A stretch of 62,002 bases of DNA, filler included, from Sandaracinaceae bacterium (GTDB taxonomy: Bacteria > Myxococcota_A > Polyangia > Polyangiales > JADJQN01), in NCBI GenBank assembly GCA_947483975.1. It is 6 parts of 6 records of this genome, joined end to end, with 100 filler letters (N's around TTAATTAATTAA, not from the genome) between each part and the next. Parts side by side here need not be neighbours in the genome. Positions count along the whole stretch, not along the records: positions 41,560 to 51,740 come from CANKOL010000178.1; positions 51,841 to 62,002 come from CANKOL010000179.1; 4 more parts are not named here. One strand, 5' to 3'. Made by a program: the position numbers and the translations under genes. Every line of letters starts with the position of its first letter. The stretch's first letter is position 1. Shown here piece after piece: positions 47,773 through 58,134 of the stretch. A model generated the notes under the pieces. It was not told the DNA's origin. It searched no databases and saw only the letters and a list, made by a program, of their open reading frames with translations.

Positions 47773-49680
47773 ATGGCACGCGCCCGATTTCAGATCTCCC
47801 CCGCGCCTTCGCTCGTTCTCGTCGCGCTCGCCGTCGCCGCGCTGAGTTGCGCCGGCGCGGGCGCCGAGCGTCGCTGCCCTGCGCCGCTCCTCGTCGCCGC
47901 GCCTGTGCCCGCCGCCGTCGTCGTCGCGCCGCCGAGCGCGCCCGCGCCTCGCTCCGTGCACGAGCGCGCGTTTCTCTCGACGTTTCGCTACACGCCCGAC
48001 GACGTCGTGGTCGCGCACGGGCGGGACGGGATGGTCGCGACCACGGACCGCGTCGCGAGCGAGGTCGGCGTCGAGATGCTGCGCCGCGGGGGCAACGCCT
48101 TCGACGCGGTCGTCGCGGTGCACTTCGCGCTCGCCGTCGTGAACCCCGAGGCCGGCAACCTCGGGGGCGGCGGCTTCCTCGTCGCGCGCACGGGCGAGGG
48201 CGTGACCTCGACCCTCGACTTCCGCGAGACGGCGCCCGCCGCGGCGACGCGCGATATGTTCCTCGGACCCGACGGGCGCGTCGTGCCGGGCTCGGCGTTC
48301 GGGCATCGCGCGGCGGGCGTGCCGGGCAGCGTGATGGGGATGTGGGAGCTGCACCGCGCGCACGGCTCGCTGCCGTGGCGCGACCTGCTCGAGCCGGCGA
48401 TCGCGCTCGCCGAGCACTTCGTCGTGCACGAGCGGCTCGCGTTCTCGTTCGCGCGCGTCGGGCTCTCCGTCTTGACCGCCTATCCGCAGACTGCGCGCAT
48501 CTTCGCGCCGCGCGGGCAGCTCCTGCGCGTCGGCGATGCGCTCGAGCAGCGCGACCTCGCGCAGACGCTCGCGCGCATTCGCGACCTCGGCGCCGAGGGC
48601 TTCTATCGCGGCCGCACCGCGCAGCTGATCGCGCGCGAGATGACCCGCGGACACGGCCTGATCACCGAGGCGGACCTCGCCGGCTACACCGCCGTTTGGC
48701 GCGAGCCGGTGCGCGTGCGCGCGCACGGATATGTCGTCGAGAGCATGGCCCCGCCCTCGTCGGGCGGCGTGACCATCGGCGAGGTCCTGAGCCTGCTCGA
48801 GCCCTATCACACCGAGTCGCTCGGCTATCACTCCGCCGCGCACGCGCACCTCTTCGCCGAGGCCTCGCGGCGCGCCTTCGCGGACCGCAACGCGCTCCTC
48901 GGGGACCCGGCGTTCGTCGAGGTGCCGACCAGCAGGCTGCTCTCCGACGCGTACCTCGACGCGCGTCGCGCGACCATCGATCTCGCCCACGCTTCACGCT
49001 CGAGCGACGTGCCAGCCGGCTTGCCCGTCCCCGGCGTCGTGAGCGCCGCGCCCGAGGGGACGAACACGACGCACTACTCGATCGTCGATGGGCACGGCAA
49101 CGCCGTCGGCGTGACGACGACGATCAACGCGCTCTACGGCGGGCGCGTCGTCGTCGAGGGCGCGGGCTTTCTGCTCAACGACGAGATGGACGACTTCACC
49201 TCGGCGCCCGGGCGCCCGAACCTGGTCGGGCTCGTGATGGGCGAGGCGAACGCCATCGCGCCGCGCAAGCGCATGCTCTCGTCCATGGCGCCGACCATCG
49301 TCAGCGACGCCTCGACGGGGCACGTCCGCATCGTGCTCGGCAGCCCCGGGGGCGCGACGATCATCAGCACGGTCGCGCAGGTGGTCGAGAACGTGATCAC
49401 CTTCGGCATGAGCCCGCGCGAGGCGCTCGCCGCGCCGCGCTTGCACCACCAACACCTGCCCGATCAGCTGTTTTACGAGCGCGGCGGGCTCGACCCCGAG
49501 GTCGTCGCGGCGCTGACCTCGATGGGTCATGCCGTGACCGAGCGCCCCGCGAGCGAGCCGCTCCAAGGCGATGTGCAGGCGATCTTCGTGGACGCTGACG
49601 GCACCCTGCTCGGCGCGAGCGATCCGCGGCGAGGCGGCGCGCCCTTCGCGCTCGCCGAGCGCGTCGGCGCCGTGCACTGA
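47773..49680 (+). CDS. ggt: Gamma-glutamyltransferase
   Basis: GGNAFDA, LDFRETAP, PPSSGG, TTHYSIVD autocleavage site, NDEMDDF, SSMAPT, GSPGG. Confidence 0.96.
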   Translation: MARARFQISPAPSLVLVALAVAALSCAGAGAERRCPAPLLVAAPVPAAVVVAPPSAPAPRSVHERAFLSTFRYTPDDVVVAHGRDGMVATTDRVASEVGVEMLRRGGNAFDAVVAVHFALAVVNPEAGNLGGGGFLVARTGEGVTSTLDFRETAPAAATRDMFLGPDGRVVPGSAFGHRAAGVPGSVMGMWELHRAHGSLPWRDLLEPAIALAEHFVVHERLAFSFARVGLSVLTAYPQTARIFAPRGQLLRVGDALEQRDLAQTLARIRDLGAEGFYRGRTAQLIAREMTRGHGLITEADLAGYTAVWREPVRVRAHGYVVESMAPPSSGGVTIGEVLSLLEPYHTESLGYHSAAHAHLFAEASRRAFADRNALLGDPAFVEVPTSRLLSDAYLDARRATIDLAHASRSSDVPAGLPVPGVVSAAPEGTNTTHYSIVDGHGNAVGVTTTINALYGGRVVVEGAGFLLNDEMDDFTSAPGRPNLVGLVMGEANAIAPRKRMLSSMAPTIVSDASTGHVRIVLGSPGGATIISTVAQVVENVITFGMSPREALAAPRLHHQHLPDQLFYERGGLDPEVVAALTSMGHAVTERPASEPLQGDVQAIFVDADGTLLGASDPRRGGAPFALAERVGAVH

Positions 49681-49747
49681 GTCTCACGCGAGAGGTCGCC
49701 GCACGTCGCCCTTGCGCCTCGACCGCGAGACTCGGCACTCTCGCGAC

Positions 49748-51580
49748 ATGCGCATCAGTGTTCGCTGGGTCGTGGTCGTTGCGGTCTTCGGGCTCTCCTT
49801 CGCAGCGCTTCCGCGCTCGTCGGCGCGCGCTCAGACCTTCGTCGTCACGCCGTATCTCCAGCAGATGACGCCCACCTCTGCGTGGATCCTTTGGGAGACG
49901 AGCGATGGCGCGGAGAGCACGGTCGCGTTCGGACCGACGATGACCGTCGAGCAGAGCGCGACGGGCACGGCGCAGGCGAGCGAGGGCACCGCGCAGTTGC
50001 ACGAGACTCTCCTCGATGGCCTCACGCCCGCGACGCGCTACTTCTATCGCGCGACGACGGGCACGGCGGTCAGCGAGGTGCTGCACTTCACGACCCCTCC
50101 GCTGCGCTCTGCCGGCGAGCCGTTTCGCTTCGTCGCCTTCAGCGACACCCAGACGGATGACGCGAACCCGGACGTCTTTCGGCAGCTCATCGACGACGGC
50201 GTGATCCGCTTCGCGACGGATAACCTCGCGCCGGAGCTCGACGACGCGTTCGCGTTCGCGCTCGTGCCCGGGGACCTCGTCGAGAACGGCACCGATTATC
50301 CGCAGTGGGCCAACGAGTTCTTCGCCGCCGCCGCGCCGCTGATGGCGAACGTGCCTGTCTATCCCGTGATCGGGAATCACGAGGGAGGCAGCCCGAACTA
50401 CTATCGCTACTTCCATCTTCCGCAGAGCGGCTCTCTGACGCGCCCGGAGGAGTGGTGGAAGATGGACCACGGGAACGTGCGAGTGATCGGGCTCGACGGG
50501 AACCTCTTCGTCCTCGTCGGGGAGCAGGCGACGTTCTTCGAGGAGGCGGTCACCGAGGCGTGCACCGACGACAGCATCGACTTCGTCTTCGTCGCGATTC
50601 ACCAGGCGAATCGCTCCGAGCTGTGGCGAGTCGGCGAGCAGCCGATCACGGAGTCCGTCGTCGAGCGCATGAACCGCTTCAGCACCGAGTGTGGCAAGCC
50701 GAGCGCGCACTTTCACGGGCACACGCACGGCTACGCGCGCGGCGAGTCGCGCGACGCGAGCCATCTGTGGATCAACGTCGCGAGCGGCGGCGGCAACCCC
50801 GATTATTGGGGCGAGTACTCCAATCAATTCGACGTCCCGGAGGTCAGCGTCACCCAAGACGAGTGGGGCTTCGTCATCGTGGACGTCACTCCGGGCGCGG
50901 CGCCGTCGTTCCGGCTTCGGCGCTACAGCCGCGGCAACGAGCTGCTCGCGCGCGACAACGAGCTGCGGGACGACCTCACGATCCGCCGCTACGACGAGGC
51001 GCCCGCGACGCCGACGCCGCTCAAGCCGCGCGGGCTGGTGAAGGCGGAGTGCAGCACCCTCGCGGCGGGCGCGTTCACAGACCCCGACGGCGACCTGCAC
51101 GGCGCCGCGCACTGGCAGGTGAGCGAGCGCTGCGACGACTTCACGACCCTCGCCGCGGAGCACTATCGCGTCTATCAGAACTGGTATCGCGGGGCCGACA
51201 CGCAGGCTGGCGACGACCTCACCGACGAGCCGATCGAGGCGCTCGAGGCGGGGCGCTTCTACTGCTGGCGCGTGCGCTATCGGGACCGCGCGCTCGCGTG
51301 GAGCGACTGGTCGGCGCCCGTCGCCTTCGAGGTCGACCCCGCGGGCGCAGGGCTCGCGCAGGGCTGCGACGACCCGACGCCGCTCGTGATGCCGCCGCCG
51401 GACGCGGGCGTCGTGCCTGCGCCGGCGCCGACGCCGTCGGGCTGCGGTTGTCGCGTCGCGCGTGATGGGGGCGCGGCTGACGCGCACTGCGTCGCGCTCG
51501 CGGTCGTCGCGCTGCTGCTCGTTCGGCGTCGGATCAATCGGCGTCGTGAGCTGCCGCGCTCGCGTACGGGCTTGGTGTAG
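49748..51580 (+). CDS. Purple acid phosphatase-like metallophosphoesterase with Fn3-like domains and a MYXO-CTERM-like tail
   Basis: SDTQ, GDLV, GNHE and GHTH metal motifs; GCGCRV followed by TM and a basic tail. Confidence 0.88.
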   Translation: MRISVRWVVVVAVFGLSFAALPRSSARAQTFVVTPYLQQMTPTSAWILWETSDGAESTVAFGPTMTVEQSATGTAQASEGTAQLHETLLDGLTPATRYFYRATTGTAVSEVLHFTTPPLRSAGEPFRFVAFSDTQTDDANPDVFRQLIDDGVIRFATDNLAPELDDAFAFALVPGDLVENGTDYPQWANEFFAAAAPLMANVPVYPVIGNHEGGSPNYYRYFHLPQSGSLTRPEEWWKMDHGNVRVIGLDGNLFVLVGEQATFFEEAVTEACTDDSIDFVFVAIHQANRSELWRVGEQPITESVVERMNRFSTECGKPSAHFHGHTHGYARGESRDASHLWINVASGGGNPDYWGEYSNQFDVPEVSVTQDEWGFVIVDVTPGAAPSFRLRRYSRGNELLARDNELRDDLTIRRYDEAPATPTPLKPRGLVKAECSTLAAGAFTDPDGDLHGAAHWQVSERCDDFTTLAAEHYRVYQNWYRGADTQAGDDLTDEPIEALEAGRFYCWRVRYRDRALAWSDWSAPVAFEVDPAGAGLAQGCDDPTPLVMPPPDAGVVPAPAPTPSGCGCRVARDGGAADAHCVALAVVALLLVRRRINRRRELPRSRTGLV

Positions 51581-51593
51581 GCTCGCCCTCGTG

Positions 51594-51740
51594 GTGCGTC
51601 GTGACGAAAGCAACCCGAAGCCTCCGGGCGGAGGAGCGCGATCACGCTGCGTCTTTCCAGCGGGTGCAAATCCCGCCTCGGTAAGCGTCGGAGCGCCGAG
51701 TAGCAGGCCCCAGGTGTCCGGGAGAGATCCTGGCATCCGA
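51594..51740 (+). mobile_element. Probable group II intron 5' end (domain I), cut by the contig end
   Basis: Starts GTGCG; GCGGG-TGCAAAT-CCCGC hairpin; CTCGG-TAAG...CCGAG-TAGC stem; GGA-GAGA-TCC hairpin. Confidence 0.6.
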
Positions 51741-51840
51741 NNNNNNNNNNNNNNNNNNNNNNNNNNNNNNNNNNNNNNNNNNNNTTAATTAATTAANNNN
51801 NNNNNNNNNNNNNNNNNNNNNNNNNNNNNNNNNNNNNNNN
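51741..51840. other. Artificial contig linker
   Basis: N44-TTAATTAATTAA-N44. Confidence 0.98.
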
Positions 51841-52177
51841 CGCGGAAGCGCACGTCGACGCGGGACTCGGACCGACCGCGGTCGGCGCCGCCGAGCGCCT
51901 CGAGCTCACCGCGGATGAGCTTCGCTTCGGCCGCGTCGAGGCTGGCATCGCGGACGCGGGCGTCGCCGTCGGCGTCGCGGACGGACTCCTCGTCGTCGAC
52001 CTCGGGCCCGGCGGCGCTGCGCGCGTGTTCGTCGATGACCACGAGGTCGGCGCCGCGCCTGTGCGCCTCTCGCTCGTCGCTGGACCGCACGAGATCAGCT
52101 TCCATCGCGGCGAAGACTCGAGCTTCCGCTTCCTCAACATCCGCGCCGGGCACACGCACACCGTCGCGACGCCCTGA
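51841..52177 (+). CDS. C-terminal fragment of a PEGA-like domain protein
   Basis: Manual translation ARVFVDDHEVGAAPVRLSLVAGPHEISF...IRAGHTHTVATP*. Confidence 0.55.
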
Positions 52178-52318
52178 CCGCTCGATTCCCTGAATTTTGC
52201 GGCGGTTTCGGCCGTCCGCTTTCTTGACCGCTGCGGAGCGCGCGTGCTAGCGCGGACCGCGCCCGGACGAGCGACCGCCGACATGAGCGGGCTCGACGGA
52301 GCGTGCGGAGGATTCGTC

Positions 52319-54757
52319 ATGGTACGCAGTGGTCGGCTCTCGCTGGCGGTCGTTCTCGCGCTCATGAGCTTCACGAGCGCAGGCTGCGGGAGCAAGAACA
52401 ACGCAGGCTCTGGCGGCGGCGCGAGCGGTGGGGGCGCGGACCGCCCCGCGGATCAGCCGGCGGTCTTCCGAGACCTCACGCCGCACCTCGATCTCGTCGC
52501 GCTCTCGCACCTCGCGGACGTCGAACACGAGGGGCTCTACATCGACTTCGGCACGCCCGCGCGCGCCAAGTACACCGTCGGCAACTGGCGCTCGGGCTGG
52601 CTCGACGACCGCACCGCGAGCAACGTCACGTTCAGCAACGTCGGCACGACGGGGCGAGTGTATTTCCCCGTGGATCACGCGGGCCCGCTGACGCTGCGCT
52701 TCCGCGTGAAGGGCGTCGGCACGCGGAACATGATGATGTTCCTCAACGGTCACTCGCTCGAGTCCGTGCGCTTCGAAGAGGGCGCCGAGTTCCGCGACTA
52801 CGACGTGCGCGTCACGGCGGAGCAGGTGCTCGTCGGCGAGAACCATCTGCTGCTGCGCTTCGGCGGTTCGGTCGTCGTCGACGGCAAGGACGTCAGCGCC
52901 GCGATGGACTCGCTCCGCGTGATTCCTGGCGAGGCAGCGCCCCCGGCGCGCGGCTTCAGCGCCCCGATCTTCGGTGACCTCGCGACCGAGATGCGCGTCG
53001 GCAACGACCAGCGCCGCGCCCTCGCGGTGCGCGCCCCGACGACGCTCAGCTTCTACGTGGACGTGCCGCGCGGCGCGAAGCTCGGCTTCTCCGTCGGCGC
53101 CGATGGCGAGCCCGCTCCGCACGCGACGGCGAAGGTCGTCGTCACCCCGGAGGGCGGTGCGCCGACGGAGGTGTTCTCCCGCGCCGTGACCAACCGCTGG
53201 CAGGACCAGGTGGTCCCGCTCGACCAGTTCGTCGGGAAGATCGTGCGCGTCGACTTCCGCGCCGAGGGCGATGGCGGCACCGGGCGCGTCGGCTGGGCGA
53301 CGCCGGGCATCTTCGTGCCGCGCGTCCCTCCTCCGGCGGCGCGTCCCCCGGCGAAGAACGTCGTCGTGCTGCTGATCGACACGCAGCGCGCCGACCGGTT
53401 GCAGGCGTTCAACCCGCAGACGCGGGTGCGCACCCCCGAGCTGCTCGCGTTCTCGCACGAGGCGACGCTCTTCGAGAAAGCGCAGGCGCCCGAGAACTGG
53501 ACCAAGCCCTCGGTGGCCTCCGTGCTCACCTCGCTCTGGCCCGCGACGCACCAGGCCAAGACCGACGCTGCGCGCGTCCCCTCCGGCGCGGTGCTCCTCA
53601 GCGAGTCGTACAAAGAGGCCGGCTTCTCGACGGCGAGCTTCATCGCCAACGGCTTCGTCTCGACGTCCTTCGGCTTCGAGCAGGGCTGGGACCACTACAC
53701 GAATTTCATCCGCGAGAACAAGGACACGCGGGCTGAGACGGTCTTCCAAGCGGCGGGCGATTGGATCGAGCAGCACAAGAGCGAGCGCTTCTTCGTCTAC
53801 GTCCAGACGATCGATCCGCACGTGCCGTACGACCCGCCCGCCGAGTACCTCAACCTCTACGACGACCGCGAATACACCGGGCAAGTCCTGCCTCGGAACA
53901 CCGCGGACCTGCTCGAGAAGGCCAAGCGCACCCCGCCCGCGATCACCTTCGACGCGAGCGATATTCGCCGCCTCGCGGGCCTCTACGACGGTGAGGTCAG
54001 CTACCACGATCACTGGTTCGGGCAGTTCGTCGCGCGCCTCAAGGCGCTCGGCCTCTACGACGACACGCTGTTCGTCGTCACAGCGGACCACGGCGAAGAG
54101 ATCAACGACCACGGCTCTTTCGGTCACGGGCACACGGTCTATCAAGAGCTGCTCCATGTGCCGCTGATGTTCCGCTTGCCTGGGCGCGTGCCCGCGGGGC
54201 AGCGCGTGTCGCAGACGGTGACCACCGTCGACATCGGGCCGACGGTCTTCGAGGGCACGGGCATCCCGCTCGAGGCGACCGCCGAGGGCCACTCGCTTCA
54301 GCCCTACTTCCACGGGCAGGTTCCGGCGATGCCGGCGGTCGCGTTCAGCGACATGCTCGACGACAAGCGCGTCATCCGCGCAGGTCGCTGGAAGCTCGTG
54401 CTCCGCGGAGTCAATCCGTCGCTCTTCGACCTCGACACCGATCCGACGGAGATGCACGACCTCGGCACCACGGGGCGCCCCGTCGCGATGCGCTACTGCC
54501 GCATCTTGCTCGGGCAGTTCCTCGGCGCGAGGGACCGGCACAGCTGGCTCGACGCCGACCAGACCGTCCACGGCGCGAACCTCCAGCAGGAGAACACCGC
54601 GATCGACCCGACGCTGCAGCAGCAGCTCGGCGCGCTCGGCTATGCCGGCGGCGATCAGCACGGCGCGACCCCGACGGCGTGCACCGCCGAGGAGCCCTGC
54701 CCGAACCCGAGCCAGCGCTGCGTCGGCGGTCACTGCGTCGCGCCTCCGACGGACTGA
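52319..54757 (+). CDS. Sulfatase/alkaline phosphatase superfamily lipoprotein
   Basis: SAGC lipobox, LLIDTQRAD, WTKPSVASVLT, DPHVPY, TADHGE, GHG. Confidence 0.85.
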   Translation: MVRSGRLSLAVVLALMSFTSAGCGSKNNAGSGGGASGGGADRPADQPAVFRDLTPHLDLVALSHLADVEHEGLYIDFGTPARAKYTVGNWRSGWLDDRTASNVTFSNVGTTGRVYFPVDHAGPLTLRFRVKGVGTRNMMMFLNGHSLESVRFEEGAEFRDYDVRVTAEQVLVGENHLLLRFGGSVVVDGKDVSAAMDSLRVIPGEAAPPARGFSAPIFGDLATEMRVGNDQRRALAVRAPTTLSFYVDVPRGAKLGFSVGADGEPAPHATAKVVVTPEGGAPTEVFSRAVTNRWQDQVVPLDQFVGKIVRVDFRAEGDGGTGRVGWATPGIFVPRVPPPAARPPAKNVVVLLIDTQRADRLQAFNPQTRVRTPELLAFSHEATLFEKAQAPENWTKPSVASVLTSLWPATHQAKTDAARVPSGAVLLSESYKEAGFSTASFIANGFVSTSFGFEQGWDHYTNFIRENKDTRAETVFQAAGDWIEQHKSERFFVYVQTIDPHVPYDPPAEYLNLYDDREYTGQVLPRNTADLLEKAKRTPPAITFDASDIRRLAGLYDGEVSYHDHWFGQFVARLKALGLYDDTLFVVTADHGEEINDHGSFGHGHTVYQELLHVPLMFRLPGRVPAGQRVSQTVTTVDIGPTVFEGTGIPLEATAEGHSLQPYFHGQVPAMPAVAFSDMLDDKRVIRAGRWKLVLRGVNPSLFDLDTDPTEMHDLGTTGRPVAMRYCRILLGQFLGARDRHSWLDADQTVHGANLQQENTAIDPTLQQQLGALGYAGGDQHGATPTACTAEEPCPNPSQRCVGGHCVAPPTD

Positions 54758-56731
54758 GTGCCCGCGCCGATGCGCTCCCTCCTGCCGCAGAGCCGTGACC
54801 GCTATCGCCGGTCCCCGCGGCTCGTCGCGGGGGAGGGCGCCTCGAGCGCGGCGCTCTACGCAATCTGCTGGGACGAGCGCGGCGAGGCGCTCGTCGCCTA
54901 CGACGTGGACGCGCTCGCCTCCCTCGGCACCGAGCGCGAGCTTGTGCGCGTTGAGCGTGTCGTCGCGCTGACGCCCGAGGCTCCGCCCGCACCGAGCGAC
55001 GACCTCGCCGACGAAGATCGCGCGGTCTGTGGTGCGCATCGCGTGCACGTCGAGCGCAGCGGCGGACGCAGCCGCGTCGTGCATCGCCAAGGCGAGCGCA
55101 CCACCCTGGTGTGGGAGGCGCGCGGCACGGCTGCTGCGCCCGCCGTCGCAGCGGCGACTCACCCGCAGCACGGCGAAGGCGCCTGGCTCGCGTTCCATCA
55201 CGACGTGCGCGAGGACACCGGCGCGGTTGATCTGACGAAGTGGATCGCCGTGCGCTTCGTCGACGCCGACGGGCGAGTGTTCGCGCCGAGCGCGCCGATG
55301 GCCGACCGCGACCGCGACCGCGAGGGCGAGGAGCAAGGCTTCGAGTTCCCGTCGCTCGTCGCGCTCCCCGACGGCGCGTGCTTGCTCTACGGGCGCGGCT
55401 CGCACGCGTTCTGGCGACAGGCGCTCGGCACGCTCGGCTGGTCCGCGCGCACGAGGCTGGCCGACGGTGGCTGGGGGTGTCGCGGTCGCCGCACGAGCGC
55501 CGTACGCCTCGCGTCAGGCGCGCTCCTCACGGCGCGGCGTGAGCGCGAGGGGCTGGTCGTCGAGCGCGATATCGACGCGGAGACGCTGTGCACCGACCTC
55601 GGCGCGCCGCTGCTCGCGCCGTGCGAGGTGCGCGTCGTTCAGCCCGTCGCAGCGTGCGCTTCGCCGCGCCCGGATCGCACGCGGGGCGTCATCGACCCTG
55701 CGACGCGCGCGGGGCAACTCACGCTCTTCGGCGACCTTCATCAGCACAGCGCGCACTCCGATGGCTGCGGCACCGCGGCCGAGCCGTACGTGCGCGCGCG
55801 CCACGTCTACGAGGACGACTTCTGCGCGCTCAGCGACCACGAGTCGTTCCTCGGCAAGCGCCTCGGTCCAGGCGAGTGGGCGTACCTGCAGGCCGTCGCC
55901 GCGGCGCACGACGCGCCCGGCGAGTTCGCCACGCTCTTCGCCTACGAGTGGACGGGGCGCTCGCATCCGGGCCCGGGCCACAAGGTCGTGTATCTGCCGG
56001 ACGCGGGCGCGGAGATCGTGTCGCGCGACGACGTGCCCGAGGGCGCTGCGCTCGTCGCGCGCGTGAAGGCGCAGCGTGGTTTCGCCGTGCCGCATCACGT
56101 CGGCTGGACCGGCGCCGACGAGCACGCGCACGACCCGGAGGGGCAGCCCGTCTGGGAGATCTGCTCCTGCCACGGCTGCTACGAGCACGCCGCGCACGCC
56201 CTCGGTCAGCGCGGGGAGCTGCGCGATCAGATGATCGACGCGGTGCTCGCGCGCGGCCATCGCTTCGGCTTCATCGCGTGCTCGGACGGCCACGGGCTGC
56301 TCTGGCACCACGGCGTCGCGCGTAAGCGAGACCCATTCCGCACAGGCCTCACCGCTGTGCAGGCGCCCGCCCGCACGCGCGCCGCCGTGCTCGACGCGCT
56401 CCGTCTACGCCGCTGCTACGCGACGAGCGGCGCGAAGATCCTGCTCGACGTCCGCGCGAGCGCCGACGCCGTCCGCGACGCGCCGATGGGCAGCGCGCTC
56501 GACGCCACGCGCGCCCGCCTGCGCGTCGTCGCGCACGGTACGGCGCCCATTCGCTCGCTCCGTCTCATCGGACTCCACGGAACCGTGCTCGCCGAGAGCG
56601 CCGGGCAGGGGGCCGACTGCGCGCTCGAGGCGGACGTCGGCGGGCCCTTCGCCTACGCGCGCGTCGAGCAAGAGGACGGCGAGTTCGCGTGGTCTTCGCC
56701 CATATTTCTCGGCGTCGAACGCGGAGATTGA
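54758..56731 (+). CDS. PHP-like metallohydrolase (DUF3604/CehA-McbA-like)
   Basis: GDLHQHSAHSDG, SDHE, YEWT, GFIACSDGH, RRCYATSG, AWSSPIF. Confidence 0.75.
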   Translation: MPAPMRSLLPQSRDRYRRSPRLVAGEGASSAALYAICWDERGEALVAYDVDALASLGTERELVRVERVVALTPEAPPAPSDDLADEDRAVCGAHRVHVERSGGRSRVVHRQGERTTLVWEARGTAAAPAVAAATHPQHGEGAWLAFHHDVREDTGAVDLTKWIAVRFVDADGRVFAPSAPMADRDRDREGEEQGFEFPSLVALPDGACLLYGRGSHAFWRQALGTLGWSARTRLADGGWGCRGRRTSAVRLASGALLTARREREGLVVERDIDAETLCTDLGAPLLAPCEVRVVQPVAACASPRPDRTRGVIDPATRAGQLTLFGDLHQHSAHSDGCGTAAEPYVRARHVYEDDFCALSDHESFLGKRLGPGEWAYLQAVAAAHDAPGEFATLFAYEWTGRSHPGPGHKVVYLPDAGAEIVSRDDVPEGAALVARVKAQRGFAVPHHVGWTGADEHAHDPEGQPVWEICSCHGCYEHAAHALGQRGELRDQMIDAVLARGHRFGFIACSDGHGLLWHHGVARKRDPFRTGLTAVQAPARTRAAVLDALRLRRCYATSGAKILLDVRASADAVRDAPMGSALDATRARLRVVAHGTAPIRSLRLIGLHGTVLAESAGQGADCALEADVGGPFAYARVEQEDGEFAWSSPIFLGVERGD

Positions 56732-56764
56732 TATCCGCGGCGACCTTGCCCATTGTTCGCCTCC

Positions 56765-58132
56765 ATGTCCCGCAACGTCCACGACGACATCCTCGGCACC
56801 ATCGGTCACACGCCCCTCGTGCGCCTCAACCACGTCATCGGCGACGTGCGAGCGACGGTCTACGCGAAGGTCGAGACCTTCAATCCCGGCAACAGCATCA
56901 AGGACCGGATGGCGCTCCGCATGATCGAGGACGCCGAGCGCCGTGGGGACTTGAAGCCCGGCGCGACGATCATCGAGGGCACGAGCGGCAACACCGGCAT
57001 GGGCCTCGCGATGGCCGCGATCGTGAAGGGCTACAAGTGCATCTTCACGACGACGGACAAGCAGTCGTCGGAGAAGGTCGACGCGCTCCGTGCCTTCGGC
57101 GCCGAGGTCATCGTCTGCCCGACGGACGTCGATCCCGAAGACCCGCGCTCGTACTACTCGGTCTCGTCGCGCCTCGTCAGCGAGACGCCGAATGGTTGGA
57201 AGGCCAACCAATACGACAACCTCAGCAACTCGGCCGCGCACTACGAGAGCACCGGCCCGGAGATCTGGGCGCAGACCGAGGGGCGCATCGATCACCTGAT
57301 CGTCGGCGTCGGCACCGGCGGCACGATCTCCGGCACCGGCCGCTACCTCAAAGAAAAGAAGCCCAGCGTCAAGGTCTGGGGCATCGACACCTACGGCTCA
57401 GTCTTCAAGAAGTACAAAGAGACCGGCGTCTTCGACAAGCACGAGATCTACCCGTACGTGACCGAGGGCATCGGCGAGGACTTCCTCCCGCAGAACGTCG
57501 ACTTCTCGGTGGTCGATCACTTCGAGAAGGTCACTGACCGCGACGCCGCCATCTACACGCGCGAGATCGTCCGCCAAGAGGGCATCTGGGTCGGCTACTC
57601 GGCGGGCTCCGCGATCGGCGGGCTGATGCAGCTGAAGGAGCACTTCAAGGAGGGCGAGACGGTCGTCGTCATCTTCCACGACCACGGCACGCGCTACGTC
57701 GGCAAGATGTTCAACCCCGCCTGGATGAGCATGATGGGCTACGAGAACCTCGGCGGCGCGACCGCGCGCGCGCTCGTCGGCAACAAGAAGGTCACCGACG
57801 TCGTCGGCGTCGAGGAGACGGACACCGTCGAGCAAGCCGTGCAGCGCATGAGCGCCCACGATTTCTCGCAGATCCCCGTCGTGCGGGCGCAGCGCATCGT
57901 CGGCTCGCTCAGCGAGACCCACGTCTACGCGGCGATGGTGAAAGACCCGAGCATCCGCAGCGAGCCCGTGCGCGCGATCATGCAGAAGCCGTTTCGCTAC
58001 GTGGACATCGAGACGCCGGTGCGCCTGCTCGCCGGGATGATCACGCCCGAGAGCCCCGCCGTGCTCGTGCGCGACTTCCCCGCCGACAAGACCTACATCC
58101 TGACGGGCTACGACGTGCTCGCCGCCATCTGA
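56765..58132 (+). CDS. cbs: Cystathionine beta-synthase with a C-terminal CBS domain pair
   Basis: NPGNSIKDR, EGTSGNTG, GVGTGGT, EGIG, followed by CBS domains. Confidence 0.9.
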   Translation: MSRNVHDDILGTIGHTPLVRLNHVIGDVRATVYAKVETFNPGNSIKDRMALRMIEDAERRGDLKPGATIIEGTSGNTGMGLAMAAIVKGYKCIFTTTDKQSSEKVDALRAFGAEVIVCPTDVDPEDPRSYYSVSSRLVSETPNGWKANQYDNLSNSAAHYESTGPEIWAQTEGRIDHLIVGVGTGGTISGTGRYLKEKKPSVKVWGIDTYGSVFKKYKETGVFDKHEIYPYVTEGIGEDFLPQNVDFSVVDHFEKVTDRDAAIYTREIVRQEGIWVGYSAGSAIGGLMQLKEHFKEGETVVVIFHDHGTRYVGKMFNPAWMSMMGYENLGGATARALVGNKKVTDVVGVEETDTVEQAVQRMSAHDFSQIPVVRAQRIVGSLSETHVYAAMVKDPSIRSEPVRAIMQKPFRYVDIETPVRLLAGMITPESPAVLVRDFPADKTYILTGYDVLAAI

Positions 58133-58134
58133 GG

